Below are positions 40,653 to 51,102 of a stretch of DNA of 64,000 bases, one piece after another. A model generated the notes under the pieces. It made no database searches. It was not told where the DNA came from and saw only the letters and a program-made list of their open reading frames with translations. A program made the translations under genes and the position numbers. Location: NCBI GenBank assembly GCA_001782825.1, contig MFPS01000008.1, positions 137,012 through 201,011 of the forward strand. The letters are read 5' to 3'. Position 1 is the stretch's first letter. Every line of letters begins with the position of its first letter. Source of the DNA: Candidatus Magasanikbacteria bacterium RIFCSPHIGHO2_01_FULL_33_34. GTDB lineage: Bacteria; Patescibacteriota; Patescibacteriia; Magasanikbacterales; UBA922.

Positions 40653-41027
40653 ATGGATGAATTATATAAAGAATTTATTTTGGAACTTAATAGGAATCCA
40701 TTGCATAAAAAAGTGTTAAATAATTTTGATATAGAGCAAAAAGCTGTTAATAAATCTTGTGGAGATGATATAAAAATACAAATAAAACTTGATCAAAATG
40801 GAATAATACTTGATGTGGGCTATCAAGGTCAAGGTTGTGCAATTTCTCAAGCTGGAGTTTCCTTGCTTTTGGATAATATAATTAAAAAAAAGGTGAGTGA
40901 TATTCAAGCTTATGATGAAGAAAAAATGATTGATATTTTTGGAACAGATATAATTTATTCCAGAAAAAAATGTTTAATGCTGGGACTTGATGCTGTTATT
41001 GCTGGTTTAAATTCTATGAAAAAATAA
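40653..41027 (+). CDS. sufU: SufU/IscU-like scaffold or sulfur-transfer protein
   Basis: NKSCGD, GCAISQA, RKKC. Confidence 0.85.
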   Translation: MDELYKEFILELNRNPLHKKVLNNFDIEQKAVNKSCGDDIKIQIKLDQNGIILDVGYQGQGCAISQAGVSLLLDNIIKKKVSDIQAYDEEKMIDIFGTDIIYSRKKCLMLGLDAVIAGLNSMKK

Positions 41028-41028
41028 T

Positions 41029-41757
41029 ATGAGGAAATTGGAAATAAAAAATTTATTTGTTGAAGTTGATAATAAAGTAGTGATCAAAGGTCTTGACTTA
41101 GTGATTAATAGAGGAGAAATCCATGTAATGATGGGCCCAAATGGATCTGGTAAATCAACTTTAGCTAATGCTTTGATGGGCCATCCAAAATATAAAATTA
41201 CTAAAGGTAATATTATAATTGATGGGATTGATATGACCAAAAAGAAATCAGATAGTAGAGCAAAAGCTGGTTTATTTTTATCAATGCAAAATCCACCGGA
41301 AGTTACAGGAGTTAGTTTGAATAATTTTGTGAGAACATCAGTGGAAAGCATCAAAGATGAAAAAATTAATCCAGTAAAATTTTACAGAACTTTGTCTGAT
41401 AAGTTAGAGACCATGGGGATAAATAAAGATTTTTTAAAGCGCCATGTGAATGTTGGTTTTTCAGGTGGAGAAAAAAAACAAATGGAAATTGTACAGCTGT
41501 TAATATTAAATCCAAATTATGTTATCTTAGATGAGATTGATTCAGGGCTTGATGTAGATGCTTTAAAAAAAGTTTCAGAAGGTATTAATAATTTCTTTAA
41601 TAAAGATAAGGCAATTTTGATGATTACTCATTATAGTAGAATATTAGACTATATTAAGCCAAATTTTGTTCATATTATGAAAAATGGTAAAATAACTAAA
41701 TCAGGAAATGAAAAAATGGTTAAAATTATAGAAAAACAAGGTTATTCAAATAAATAA
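41029..41757 (+). CDS. sufC: Fe-S cluster assembly ATPase SufC
   Basis: GPNGSGKS, GFSGGEKK, DEIDSGLD, ITHY. Confidence 0.93.
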   Translation: MRKLEIKNLFVEVDNKVVIKGLDLVINRGEIHVMMGPNGSGKSTLANALMGHPKYKITKGNIIIDGIDMTKKKSDSRAKAGLFLSMQNPPEVTGVSLNNFVRTSVESIKDEKINPVKFYRTLSDKLETMGINKDFLKRHVNVGFSGGEKKQMEIVQLLILNPNYVILDEIDSGLDVDALKKVSEGINNFFNKDKAILMITHYSRILDYIKPNFVHIMKNGKITKSGNEKMVKIIEKQGYSNK

Positions 41758-41766
41758 TAAATTTTT

Positions 41767-42291
41767 ATGAAAAAGATTATAATAGGAGTAGTAAGTTTTA
41801 TCTTTGCAATAAGTATTTTTTTACCAACACAAAATATAAATGCACAAGAAGAGGGTAATGGTGAAATAGAAAAAATTGAATATATTTTGTTCCATCTTGA
41901 AACTTGCCCACATTGTCGTGATGAAATTAAATTTTTGAATAAAAAAATATTACCAAAATATGGAGAATTTATTGATTTGAAGATGTATGAAGTAAGTGAT
42001 GAAAAAAACGGAGATATTTTTCGTCAATATGGAGTTTATTATGATGTTGAAGTTGGAAGTGTGCCTATGGCGATTATAGATGGTGAAATTGTAATGGGAT
42101 ATGGCAATGATAATACTACTGGCAAAACAATAATGGAAATAGTTGAGAGAAAATTGATTGAACATGGTATAAGTATCAGTACAAACGATATTGATGAAAA
42201 TAATAAATCTTCACAGATTTTGTTGTTTGTTTTTATAACTGTAGTTTTAATTATTATAATTATTTTTTCAAAAAAATATTTTAAAAAATAA
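41767..42291 (+). CDS. Exported thioredoxin-like protein with C-terminal TM anchor
   Basis: Signal peptide, CPHC, SVP cis-Pro motif, C-terminal hydrophobic helix. Confidence 0.7.
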   Translation: MKKIIIGVVSFIFAISIFLPTQNINAQEEGNGEIEKIEYILFHLETCPHCRDEIKFLNKKILPKYGEFIDLKMYEVSDEKNGDIFRQYGVYYDVEVGSVPMAIIDGEIVMGYGNDNTTGKTIMEIVERKLIEHGISISTNDIDENNKSSQILLFVFITVVLIIIIIFSKKYFKK

Positions 42292-42294
42292 TTT

Positions 42295-42582
42295 ATGATA
42301 AATAAAGATGATGTAATTAAGATATTGGAAACTGTATTGGATCCAGAGTTGGGGATTGATATTTGGACAATGGGATTAATTTATGATATAAATATAATCA
42401 ATGAAAATCAGATAAAAATACTGATGACTTATACAACCCCAACTTGTCCAGCTGGTTCTGAAATTCAGCAAAATATGCGTAGCACTTTATCTAAGGCTGG
42501 ATTTGAAAAGATTGATATAAAAGTAACTTTTGATCCATTATGGCAACCATCTGAAGAGCTTCGGGCAGCATTAAGTTCATAA
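42295..42582 (+). CDS. Metal-sulfur cluster assembly factor (DUF59/SufT)
   Basis: DPELGIDI..MGLIY, TTPTCP, FDPLW. Confidence 0.88.
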   Translation: MINKDDVIKILETVLDPELGIDIWTMGLIYDINIINENQIKILMTYTTPTCPAGSEIQQNMRSTLSKAGFEKIDIKVTFDPLWQPSEELRAALSS

Positions 42583-42611
42583 TATAATTAATAAATATTT
42601 AAAATAAAAAT

Positions 42612-42872
42612 ATGGCAAATGAATCATCAGCCACAAAAACAAGTGGTAAAATTAGAAAAATTGTGATAGATAGAGATGCTTGTATTGGAGCAAGATCATG
42701 CGTAATAGCAGCGTCTAACACTTTTGAAATGGATGATGAAAATTTAGCTCTTGTAAAGTCTGATGCTAGTAATTTTGATAGTGATGATACTATTATGCAA
42801 GGCGCAGAGGCTTGTCCAGTATTATGTATTCATTTATATGGTGAAGATGGTAAAAAGATTTTTCCAAATTAA
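42612..42872 (+). CDS. Ferredoxin (single cluster, probably 3Fe-4S)
   Basis: CIGARSC...ACP; second ligand position is Ala. Confidence 0.85.
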   Translation: MANESSATKTSGKIRKIVIDRDACIGARSCVIAASNTFEMDDENLALVKSDASNFDSDDTIMQGAEACPVLCIHLYGEDGKKIFPN

Positions 42873-42922
42873 TGAATAGCATGAATTAATTTATAAATTA
42901 TTCTTTAATAGAATAATTTATA

Positions 42923-43030
42923 ATTAGAGATTATCATTCGCTCCCTGCCTGCCGGCAGGCAGGATTCTCGCTGTGGCTCCGAGGTGATTACCTGTTGTGG
43001 TAATCAAATCCGCTCATAATAATCTCTAAT
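42923..43030. repeat. MITE/REPIN-like structured element containing a 20-bp perfect palindrome
   Basis: 12-bp terminal IR ATTAGAGATTAT/ATAATCTCTAAT; palindrome CCTGCCTGCCGGCAGGCAGG at 42944-42963; internal 8-bp hairpin at 42985-43006. Confidence 0.7.
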
Positions 43031-43082
43031 CATTAATTCTATTTTATATTTATAAATTAATAAAATACCACTTAGTGGTATT

Positions 43083-43502
43083 TTATTTTACGTATTTTCT
43101 AACACTTAGAAAATATTCAGCATCGGCTGGTATAGACAATATATCCATTACTTCATCAATAGGCACCCATTTGACCTCAGCTATATCATATTCAATTTGT
43201 TTCAATTCGTCTTCTTCAGTTTCAAATATATACATGTTTAATGTAATAAATTCATCTGGTTTATAAGAATTAGCTCTCTGATAAGTAGGGAGTTTTTTGA
43301 TAACTTCAACTTCTTTTACACCAGTCTCTTCATATACTTCACGTTTAGCTGCATCCAAAATGTTTTCATTTTCTCGAATTCCACCTTTTGGGAAGCCCCA
43401 TATATTATGATGCATTTTTACTAGCGCAATATGCCTAGTTTTTTTATTGATAAGAATTGCACCAGCATCATCTTTAAAGTTAGAAAAATCTTTATTCTCC
43501 AT
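43083..43502 (-). CDS. NUDIX hydrolase
   Basis: Nudix box GGIRENENILDAAKREVYEETG. Confidence 0.9.
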   Translation of the reverse strand: MENKDFSNFKDDAGAILINKKTRHIALVKMHHNIWGFPKGGIRENENILDAAKREVYEETGVKEVEVIKKLPTYQRANSYKPDEFITLNMYIFETEEDELKQIEYDIAEVKWVPIDEVMDILSIPADAEYFLSVRKYVK

Positions 43503-43504
43503 AT

Positions 43505-46144
43505 TTAATATTTGAATGATAATTTATTGTTCTTTATAGAAATATCAACAGTACTTCCGGATTGTATTTTACCATCAATTATATTTAATGCCAAGGTATC
43601 CAAAAGTTTTGTTTGGATTAGTCTACGCATTGGTCTAGCACCAAGATTAGGATCATAGCCTTTCTTACCTAGCCAATCTTTGGCAGTATTAGTAATATTT
43701 AATTCTATACCTTGGCTATTCAAACGCTCAAAAACTTGTTTTAATTGCAAATCAACAATTTGTCGTATATCTTTTTCACTTAAAGGATGAAAAGTAATTA
43801 TTTCGTCAATTCTATTTAAAAATTCTGGCTTAAAGTGATCTCGTAATGCGTCCATAATTCTTTCTTTTATTTTTTCTTCTTGTTTTTTTGGATTATTTTT
43901 TTTGTTATCATCAAATCCAAAATCACTATTTTTACCCATTTGCATTATCATATCTGAGCCAATATTACTGGTCATAATGATAACTGAATTTTTGAAATTT
44001 ACTTTTTTACCCTTAGCATCAGTTAAATGGCCATCTTCTAAAATTTGCAACATCATATTAAAAATATCTGGATGGGCTTTTTCAATTTCATCAAATAATA
44101 TAACTGAATAAGGCTTTCTTCTTATTTTTTCAGTGAGTTGGCCACCTTCGTCATAACCAACATAACCAGGTGGAGAACCAATCATTTTGCTTACAGAATG
44201 CTTTTCCATAAATTCACTCATATCTACTCGGATTATAGCTTCTTCATCATTAAACATAAATTCAGCCAAAGCTTTGGCTAATTCAGTTTTTCCCACACCA
44301 GTCGGACCCATAAAGATAAAGGATCCAATTGGTCTTTTTTCCTCAGAAATTCCTGCTCTAGAACGTCTAATCGCATTAGAAACTGCTTGAATTGCTTCTT
44401 TTTGACCAATAACACGATTTTCTAAAACGCTTTCCATTTTTGCTAGTTTTCGCACTTCATCTTCAAGCATTTTGGCAACTGGTATTCCAGTCCAACGAGA
44501 GACTACCGACGCAATATCCTCTTCTGTAACTTCTTCTTTTAGAATTGATCTACCTTGTTGTATTTCTGCTAACTTATTTTCATCTTTTTTAATAGCTTCT
44601 TCTATAGCTGGAATTTTTCCATACCTAAGTTCAGCTACTTTTTGTAAGTTTCCTTTTCTTTCTTCAATATCAGCACTTTGTTTTAATTTGTCTATTTCTT
44701 TTTTATGGCCACGAATCATGGTAATAATTTCTTTTTCATTTTTCCAATGCACTTCTATTTCATTACTTTTTTCACGAATATTTTCCAATTCTTTTTTTAG
44801 TTTTGAGTATCTATCTTTTGAAGATTCATCTTTTTCTTTTTTGAGTGCATTCATCTCAATTTCAAGTTTCATCATTTTTCTTTTCATTTTGTCTAATTCG
44901 TCTGGCATTGAATCGATTTCCATTCGTAAAGCTGAAGTTGCTTCATCGATCAAGTCAATTGCTTTATCTGGTAAAAATCTATCATTTATATATCTACTAG
45001 AAAATTCAACAGCAGAAACAATAGCTGGATCAGTGATCCTTACTCCATGATGAACTTCATATTTTTCTTTTATACCTCTTAAAATGGCGATTGCATCTTC
45101 TTGGCTAGGTTCTACAACAAGCACAGGTTGAAACCTACGTTCAAAAGCTGCATCTTTTTCGATGTATTGATGATATTCTTTTATGGTTGTTGCGCCAATT
45201 GTATTTAATTCACCACGAGCAAGGGCTGGTTTAAGCATATTACTTGCATCAACTGCGCCTTCACTGGCTCCAGCGCCAACTATAGTATGAAGCTCATCTA
45301 TAAATAAAATAATTTTACCATCAGAATCTATTACTTCTTTGAGGACTGCCTTGAATCTTTCTTCAAATTCACCACGAAATTTTGTTCCAGCCACAAGAGA
45401 ACCAACGTCTAGGCCAATAACTTCTTTATCTTTTAAACTTTCTGGAATATCTCCATTTACAATCCTTTGTGCAAGACCTTCTACTATAGCAGTCTTACCA
45501 ACACCTGGTTCACCAATTAATACTGGATTATTTTTTGTTCTACGTGTCAAAACTTGCATTACACGGCGAATTTCATCATCACGGCCTATAACTGGATCAA
45601 GTTTTTCTTTTCTTGCCATTTCTGTAAAATTTTTACCATACTTTTCAAGAGCTTGATACTTGCTTTCTGGAGTAGGGGAATCAACTTTTTGTGTACCACG
45701 AACTGTAACCAAAATTTTCAATACATCATCGTATTGAACAGATTGGACTGATAGGGCATTACTGATAGGATTTTTATTGGTTAAAAAAGACAAAAGAAGA
45801 TGTTCAACACTAATATATTCATCACCCATTTTTTGAGATTCTTGTGAAGCATTTTGGAGGATATACATCATAGCTTGACCCATTAAAACTTGACCAAAAC
45901 CAGTATTTTTAATCTGTCCTGGATGTTTTGGAAAATGATTTATGAGTTTATCTATTTCATCGTTTAATTGTTTTAAATTTACATTTAATTTTTTTAAAAC
46001 TGACAAAACAACACCTTCTTCTTGTTCTAAAAGGGCTTTGAACAGATGTGGTGGTTCAATTTGTTGCTGTCCATTTGTATTAGCAATTTGAGCAGCATTT
46101 TGAATTGCTTCTTGAGATTTATGAGTAAAATTTTGTGGATTCAT
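43505..46144 (-). CDS. clpB: Chaperone ClpB
   Basis: Clp N-domain, GEPGVGKT, coiled-coil M domain, [19 protein letters not shown]. Confidence 0.95.
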   Translation of the reverse strand: MNPQNFTHKSQEAIQNAAQIANTNGQQQIEPPHLFKALLEQEEGVVLSVLKKLNVNLKQLNDEIDKLINHFPKHPGQIKNTGFGQVLMGQAMMYILQNASQESQKMGDEYISVEHLLLSFLTNKNPISNALSVQSVQYDDVLKILVTVRGTQKVDSPTPESKYQALEKYGKNFTEMARKEKLDPVIGRDDEIRRVMQVLTRRTKNNPVLIGEPGVGKTAIVEGLAQRIVNGDIPESLKDKEVIGLDVGSLVAGTKFRGEFEERFKAVLKEVIDSDGKIILFIDELHTIVGAGASEGAVDASNMLKPALARGELNTIGATTIKEYHQYIEKDAAFERRFQPVLVVEPSQEDAIAILRGIKEKYEVHHGVRITDPAIVSAVEFSSRYINDRFLPDKAIDLIDEATSALRMEIDSMPDELDKMKRKMMKLEIEMNALKKEKDESSKDRYSKLKKELENIREKSNEIEVHWKNEKEIITMIRGHKKEIDKLKQSADIEERKGNLQKVAELRYGKIPAIEEAIKKDENKLAEIQQGRSILKEEVTEEDIASVVSRWTGIPVAKMLEDEVRKLAKMESVLENRVIGQKEAIQAVSNAIRRSRAGISEEKRPIGSFIFMGPTGVGKTELAKALAEFMFNDEEAIIRVDMSEFMEKHSVSKMIGSPPGYVGYDEGGQLTEKIRRKPYSVILFDEIEKAHPDIFNMMLQILEDGHLTDAKGKKVNFKNSVIIMTSNIGSDMIMQMGKNSDFGFDDNKKNNPKKQEEKIKERIMDALRDHFKPEFLNRIDEIITFHPLSEKDIRQIVDLQLKQVFERLNSQGIELNITNTAKDWLGKKGYDPNLGARPMRRLIQTKLLDTLALNIIDGKIQSGSTVDISIKNNKLSFKY

Positions 46145-46169
46145 ATTTAGTTAGGTAAGTTTTTAAGCA

Positions 46170-46196
46170 TTAGCACTCATCATACTAGAGTGATAA
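46170..46196. promoter_or_regulatory. CIRCE element (HrcA operator) upstream of clpB
   Basis: TTAGCACTC-N9-GAGTGATAA, one mismatch to consensus. Lies between the minus-strand promoter (TTGACA at 46220-46225) and the clpB ATG. Confidence 0.9.
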
Positions 46197-46272
46197 TACT
46201 ATATCATATTGAAATTTATTGTCAATATATGGTAATATTATAACATGAATGTCTAAAATTACATTATTATAT

Positions 46273-47073
46273 ATGTCTACAAAGGTTTTGGGGGTTAAAA
46301 TTGATACAGTAACAGAAGGACAAGCTCTTGATTTGGTTGCTAAATTTTTGAGAGAAGGTAGAGATCATTATATTTTTACACCAAATCCTGAAATGGTGAT
46401 GGCTGCTCAAAATGATTATGTATTGAGAGAAATACTAAACAGGGGAGATTTAAATATTTGTGATGGCAAAGGAATAAAATTAACCTGTGATTTACTCTAT
46501 GATAAAAATAATAAAGATGATTTGAAATATTTTAAAAGAATTTCTGGAGTAGATTTTATGTTGGACATTTGTGATTATGCTAATAGATACGGCTTTAGTA
46601 TCTATTTGCTTGGTTCTGGTAGTGAAAAAACTATTTCAATAGCTGCAAAAAAATTAAAAGATAAATTTCCAAAACTAAATATTGTTGGTTATCATCCTGG
46701 GCCAATTGTAGAATCTATACCAAACAAAAAACTTAAGTATAGGTCAAATGATAATCACAATGTAATAACCGATATTATTCAGACTCAACCAGATATTTTA
46801 TTTGTAGGTTTTGGCCATGGAAAACAAGAAAAATGGATAGCAGAAAATACTAAAAAATTACCAGGTGTAAAAATTGTAATGGGCGTTGGTGGAAGTTTTG
46901 ATTTTATATCTGGAAAAATCATGAGAGCACCAAAGATATTAAGAAAAATGGGTCTAGAATGGATGTGGAGACTATTACAAGAGCCTTCCAGAATAAAACG
47001 TGTATGGACAGCTCTTGTGGAATTTCCTTTAGCTTTTATAAAATATAGAGACAAAGATAAAGAATTAAATTGA
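46273..47073 (+). CDS. WecB/TagA/CpsF family glycosyltransferase
   Basis: TPNPE, DG.GI, GVDF, GHGKQEKW, GVGGSFD, RAP, GLEW. Alternative start at 46249. Confidence 0.9.
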   Translation: MSTKVLGVKIDTVTEGQALDLVAKFLREGRDHYIFTPNPEMVMAAQNDYVLREILNRGDLNICDGKGIKLTCDLLYDKNNKDDLKYFKRISGVDFMLDICDYANRYGFSIYLLGSGSEKTISIAAKKLKDKFPKLNIVGYHPGPIVESIPNKKLKYRSNDNHNVITDIIQTQPDILFVGFGHGKQEKWIAENTKKLPGVKIVMGVGGSFDFISGKIMRAPKILRKMGLEWMWRLLQEPSRIKRVWTALVEFPLAFIKYRDKDKELN

Positions 47074-47075
47074 TT

Positions 47076-47834
47076 ATGTTACCTGCAAAAATACGTACAC
47101 ATATTACAAAACTTCATCAAAAAAAATATCGCAATTTATATAATGAATTCATCGTTGAAGGTTTAAAAGGTATTGAAGAAGCAATAAATAAAAATGCAGA
47201 GGTTATTTTTTTGGTATTTGAAAATGATTTTTTTGATAAAAATAAAAATTTTGTCAGTATTGTTGAAAAAAAAGGTATTCCAATTCATATTATTAATAAA
47301 AATGAGATTAATAAAATTAAAACCACTACCACTTATCCAGGAGTAAGCGCAGTTGTCAAGACAACTTTTTTTAAACTTGATGATTTAATTGATACCAAAC
47401 AACCAATTTTGGCTTTTGACCAAATCAATGATCCGGGTAATTTAGGTACTATCATTAGAACAGCCGAATGGTTTGATGTTAACAATATTTTATTATCCGA
47501 AAATAGTGTTGATCCATACAATGACAAGTGTGTTAGGAGTACTATGGGATCTATCTTTACATCAAAATTATTTATTAGTGATAATATTTTAGATTCTTTA
47601 ACCAAATTAAAACAAGAAGGCTACAAAATTATACTATTAGATATGTCTGGTCAAGATATCGATTTGCTCAAGCCGAAAAAAAAATCTGTATATCTTTTTG
47701 GGAGTGAATCTCATGGTATCAGAAGTAGTCTTGAGAAAATTGTGGATATGCGCTACACTATTCCCAGAAAAGGGAATACTGAATCATTAAATGTAAGTAT
47801 AGCTACTGGTATATTACTATCTAAGCTTAAATAG
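47076..47834 (+). CDS. TrmH/SpoU RNA methyltransferase
   Basis: DPGNLGTIIRTA, GSESHG, ESLNVS. Confidence 0.9.
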   Translation: MLPAKIRTHITKLHQKKYRNLYNEFIVEGLKGIEEAINKNAEVIFLVFENDFFDKNKNFVSIVEKKGIPIHIINKNEINKIKTTTTYPGVSAVVKTTFFKLDDLIDTKQPILAFDQINDPGNLGTIIRTAEWFDVNNILLSENSVDPYNDKCVRSTMGSIFTSKLFISDNILDSLTKLKQEGYKIILLDMSGQDIDLLKPKKKSVYLFGSESHGIRSSLEKIVDMRYTIPRKGNTESLNVSIATGILLSKLK

Positions 47835-47841
47835 ATTATAT

Positions 47842-49311
47842 ATGAAAACAAGATTTGCACCGAGTCCGACTGGTTTTTTGCATATTGGTGGGTTCAGAAC
47901 CGCTTTATTTGCTTATTTGTATGCCAAAAAAAATGGTGGCGATTTTTTAATTCGTATAGAAGACACTGATAGAGAGAGATTGGTTGAGGGGGGTATAGAC
48001 AATATTTTAACTTCTATTTATTGGGCTGGTATTGTACCAGATGAAGGAGTACTCATAGAAAATAATCAAGTCATTCAGAAGGGGATCAATGGCCCATATA
48101 TACAATCTGAGAGATTAGATATATACAAAAAATATATTTCCGTATTGCTTGATAAAGGTTACGCTTATCATTGCTTTTGTTCCAAAGATAGATTGGACAA
48201 ACTACGAATTACTCAAGAAAAAAATAAAATGCCACCAGGATATGATGGTTATTGTAAAAATTTATCTTTAGATGAGGTAAAAAAAAAGAAAAATGAAGAA
48301 AAATTTGTAATCAGATTAAATGTTCCACGTAATGAAACTATTGTAGTAAATGATCTTGTGCGTGGGGAAGTAAAATTTGACACCAATCTCATTGATGATC
48401 AAGTTTTGATTAAATCAGATGGATTTCCTACTTATCATTTTGCGGTAGTGGTAGATGATCACTTGATGGGTGTTACAGATGTGATTCGGGGTGAAGAATG
48501 GTTATCATCAACACCAAAAAGTATTATTTTGTACAAATATTTTGGTTGGGAATTGCCAAAGTATGCTCATTTACCATTATTGGTAAATGAACAAAAACTA
48601 AAATTAAGCAAAAGGCATGGGGATGTCTCTGTATTTGATTTTAAAGAAAAAGGATATTTACCAGATAGCCTTGTCAATTTTGTGGCCTTTCTCGGTTGGA
48701 ATCCGGGTGATGAGCGTGAAATATTTAGTTTACGAGAGCTTGAGCAGGAATTTGATTTATCAAAAGTAGGGAAGTCTGCTGCAGTATTCAATATTGATAA
48801 ATTAGATTGGGTAAATGGACAATATATCAAAAAAATGTCTAATACACAACTAGGTCATGCAGTTTTACCTTTTCTAAACAATTCTGGACTTATAAATAGT
48901 ATGGATGTTGATGAGGCACTACTTGTTTCATTGGTAGAGATGTTCAAAGATAGGATGTCAAAATTGTCGGATATAGTAGAATTTTCAGGTTTTATCTTTG
49001 CAAATTTTTTAGAGTATGATCCTAATTTATTGATATGGAAAAAAAGTGATTTGGAGACTACCAAGAAAAACTTAAAGTCTTTATTAGATTATATTGATGA
49101 GTTTGAAGTCAGATATTGGAATACAGATTGGCTACAAGGAAAAATACAAGATTGGATAAAAAATAAAAATTATACAGTTGGCGAAATTCTTTGGCCAATG
49201 CGAGTAGCTCTATCTGGCCAAAAAAATTCACCAGGTCCATTTGAAATTGCCAATATACTGGGCAAAGAAAAAACCATGGAGCGGATTAGATACGCGATAT
49301 CATCTCTGTAA
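47842..49311 (+). CDS. gltX: Glutamate--tRNA ligase
   Basis: RFAPSPTG, HIGG, RIEDTD, RGEEW, KLSKR. Confidence 0.96.
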   Translation: MKTRFAPSPTGFLHIGGFRTALFAYLYAKKNGGDFLIRIEDTDRERLVEGGIDNILTSIYWAGIVPDEGVLIENNQVIQKGINGPYIQSERLDIYKKYISVLLDKGYAYHCFCSKDRLDKLRITQEKNKMPPGYDGYCKNLSLDEVKKKKNEEKFVIRLNVPRNETIVVNDLVRGEVKFDTNLIDDQVLIKSDGFPTYHFAVVVDDHLMGVTDVIRGEEWLSSTPKSIILYKYFGWELPKYAHLPLLVNEQKLKLSKRHGDVSVFDFKEKGYLPDSLVNFVAFLGWNPGDEREIFSLRELEQEFDLSKVGKSAAVFNIDKLDWVNGQYIKKMSNTQLGHAVLPFLNNSGLINSMDVDEALLVSLVEMFKDRMSKLSDIVEFSGFIFANFLEYDPNLLIWKKSDLETTKKNLKSLLDYIDEFEVRYWNTDWLQGKIQDWIKNKNYTVGEILWPMRVALSGQKNSPGPFEIANILGKEKTMERIRYAISSL

Positions 49312-49383
49312 TTAAATACATTCCACAGCTTATTAATTTGTGTTATACTATAATTATAATAACTGTTGTTTATTGACTATAGC

Positions 49384-50625
49384 ATGAAAAAAATAATATT
49401 AATCACAATTTGTATTGTTTTAGGTTTGATAATACAGCCTTATTTTGTCTATTCAGCCGAAGATAATGACACAAATTCAGAAATAGAATTACTAAATGAA
49501 AAGATTGCTGAAAAGAAAAGTAAAATTAAGAAACTTGAAGAAAGTATAGAACAAGTAAAAAAGGATATAAACTCAAAGAGATTAGAGGCAACATCACTCA
49601 AAAATCAAATATACATATTAGACAATAGAACAACTCAAATTGAGCTTGATATTGAAGCCACCAAAGAAAAATTAGATACTCTTACACTAGAAATAAAAGC
49701 ACTTGAATTTAAAATAGATTCAAAAGAAGAAGACATCAGCAAGCAAAAAATAATGCTGGCAGAATTGATCAGAACTATAAACTACGAATCAGATAAAAAT
49801 TATTTAGAAATAATAGCAGCTTATGATAATTTTTCTGATTTTTATAACAGAGTACAATATTTACAAGTAGTTGAAGAAGATTTGGGTAAAAGTGCAAAAA
49901 CATTGCGATTGGCAAAAGTTGATCTTGAAGAAAAAAAAGATATAACAGAAACAAGAAAAAAATCTTATGAAGATCTAAAAATTGAACTTGATGAAAAAAT
50001 GGATAGTTATCAAGAACAAATATTTAATAAAGAAAATTTATTATTTCAAACAAAATCTTCAGAAAACGCCTTCCAAACATTGTTGAATAGCTTAAGAACT
50101 CAGTATCAAGCTATTGAAGCCGAAATCACTAGTGTTGAGAGAGAAGTTAGAAACAAACTAGAAGCTCAAAAAAAGTTTACAAGTGAAAGTGATAAAAATT
50201 TTGATGGACTTTTTTCATGGCCATCACAAAGTAGATATGTGACAGCTTATTTCCATGATCCAGAATATCCATATAGACATGTTTTTGAGCATAATGCTAT
50301 TGATATACGGTCTGGACAGGGGACACCTGTTAGAGCAGCAGCGTCTGGATATATTGGTAAGGCAAGGGTTTGTAGCGCATCTTCATGTTATGCATATATC
50401 ATGCTTTTACATTCTGATAATTTTTCAACCTTATACGGACATCTATCTAAAATCGTTGTTTCAGAAGAACAATTTGTAACAAGAGGGGATATTATTGGGT
50501 ATAGTGGTGGAACACCAGGGACTGTTGGTGCTGGACCATTTGTAACGGGCCCTCATCTACATTTTGAAATTAGAAAAAATGGCATACCAGTTAATCCTTT
50601 GAACTATCTTGTAAAAGATTGGTAG
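49384..50625 (+). CDS. Coiled-coil M23 family peptidase (murein endopeptidase/EnvC-like)
   Basis: Signal peptide, long coiled coil, HNAID, YGHL, GPHLHFE. Confidence 0.88.
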   Translation: MKKIILITICIVLGLIIQPYFVYSAEDNDTNSEIELLNEKIAEKKSKIKKLEESIEQVKKDINSKRLEATSLKNQIYILDNRTTQIELDIEATKEKLDTLTLEIKALEFKIDSKEEDISKQKIMLAELIRTINYESDKNYLEIIAAYDNFSDFYNRVQYLQVVEEDLGKSAKTLRLAKVDLEEKKDITETRKKSYEDLKIELDEKMDSYQEQIFNKENLLFQTKSSENAFQTLLNSLRTQYQAIEAEITSVEREVRNKLEAQKKFTSESDKNFDGLFSWPSQSRYVTAYFHDPEYPYRHVFEHNAIDIRSGQGTPVRAAASGYIGKARVCSASSCYAYIMLLHSDNFSTLYGHLSKIVVSEEQFVTRGDIIGYSGGTPGTVGAGPFVTGPHLHFEIRKNGIPVNPLNYLVKDW

Positions 50626-51011
50626 AGTAGGTGTTGCCAATTCACTAGTTTGGGTAAGTTTGTATTATTACTAGACTAAAATTATTTTTATAAAAATAAT
50701 TTTTTATTTTATCTTGATCCTTAAAATAAATATGTGTCGCACAATTTATTAAAATATGCACAGAGCGGGCTGGGTGATATATAACGATATATAATATACT
50801 CATACATTGTGTAATAACCCTATATCAAATCATTAATTTACCTACCGACTGACAAAAAAATAATTATTCCCTAGCCATTCAAATAATGCTAGTAAACATT
50901 TATTTAAAAAGATGAACCCTAGTACCCGTATAAAATAAACAGTATATCTGTAGTGTCGCACAATTACATATAAACACACCTCGTAGCTATCTGATGGGGT
51001 AGTAAGTATTA

Positions 51012-51102
51012 TACAAAGCAAAAAGCACGGCAAGCCGTGCTTTTTGTTCGAGAGTCTAGCCGAAGCTTGACTCTCTAAGTGTAAGCGTACGAGACGCTTA
51101 CA
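51012..51102 (-). ncRNA. Candidate small structured RNA (three hairpins, the last a terminator)
   Basis: Minus-strand promoter TTGTAT-17-TATAAT (51137 to 51109). Stems at 51080-51102, 51050-51075 (cUUCGg loop) and 51019-51046 (gCUUGc loop) followed by a U-tract. Confidence 0.55.

Noticed and set aside
50767-50774. GGGCTGGG resembling a KOPS motif oriented toward dif
   Set aside because: Single copy with a mismatch to GGGNAGGG; not distinguishable from chance.
50842-51033. 63-aa minus-strand ORF in the terminus gap
   Set aside because: Starts with TTG inside a terminator hairpin and has no recognisable motif; likely spurious.
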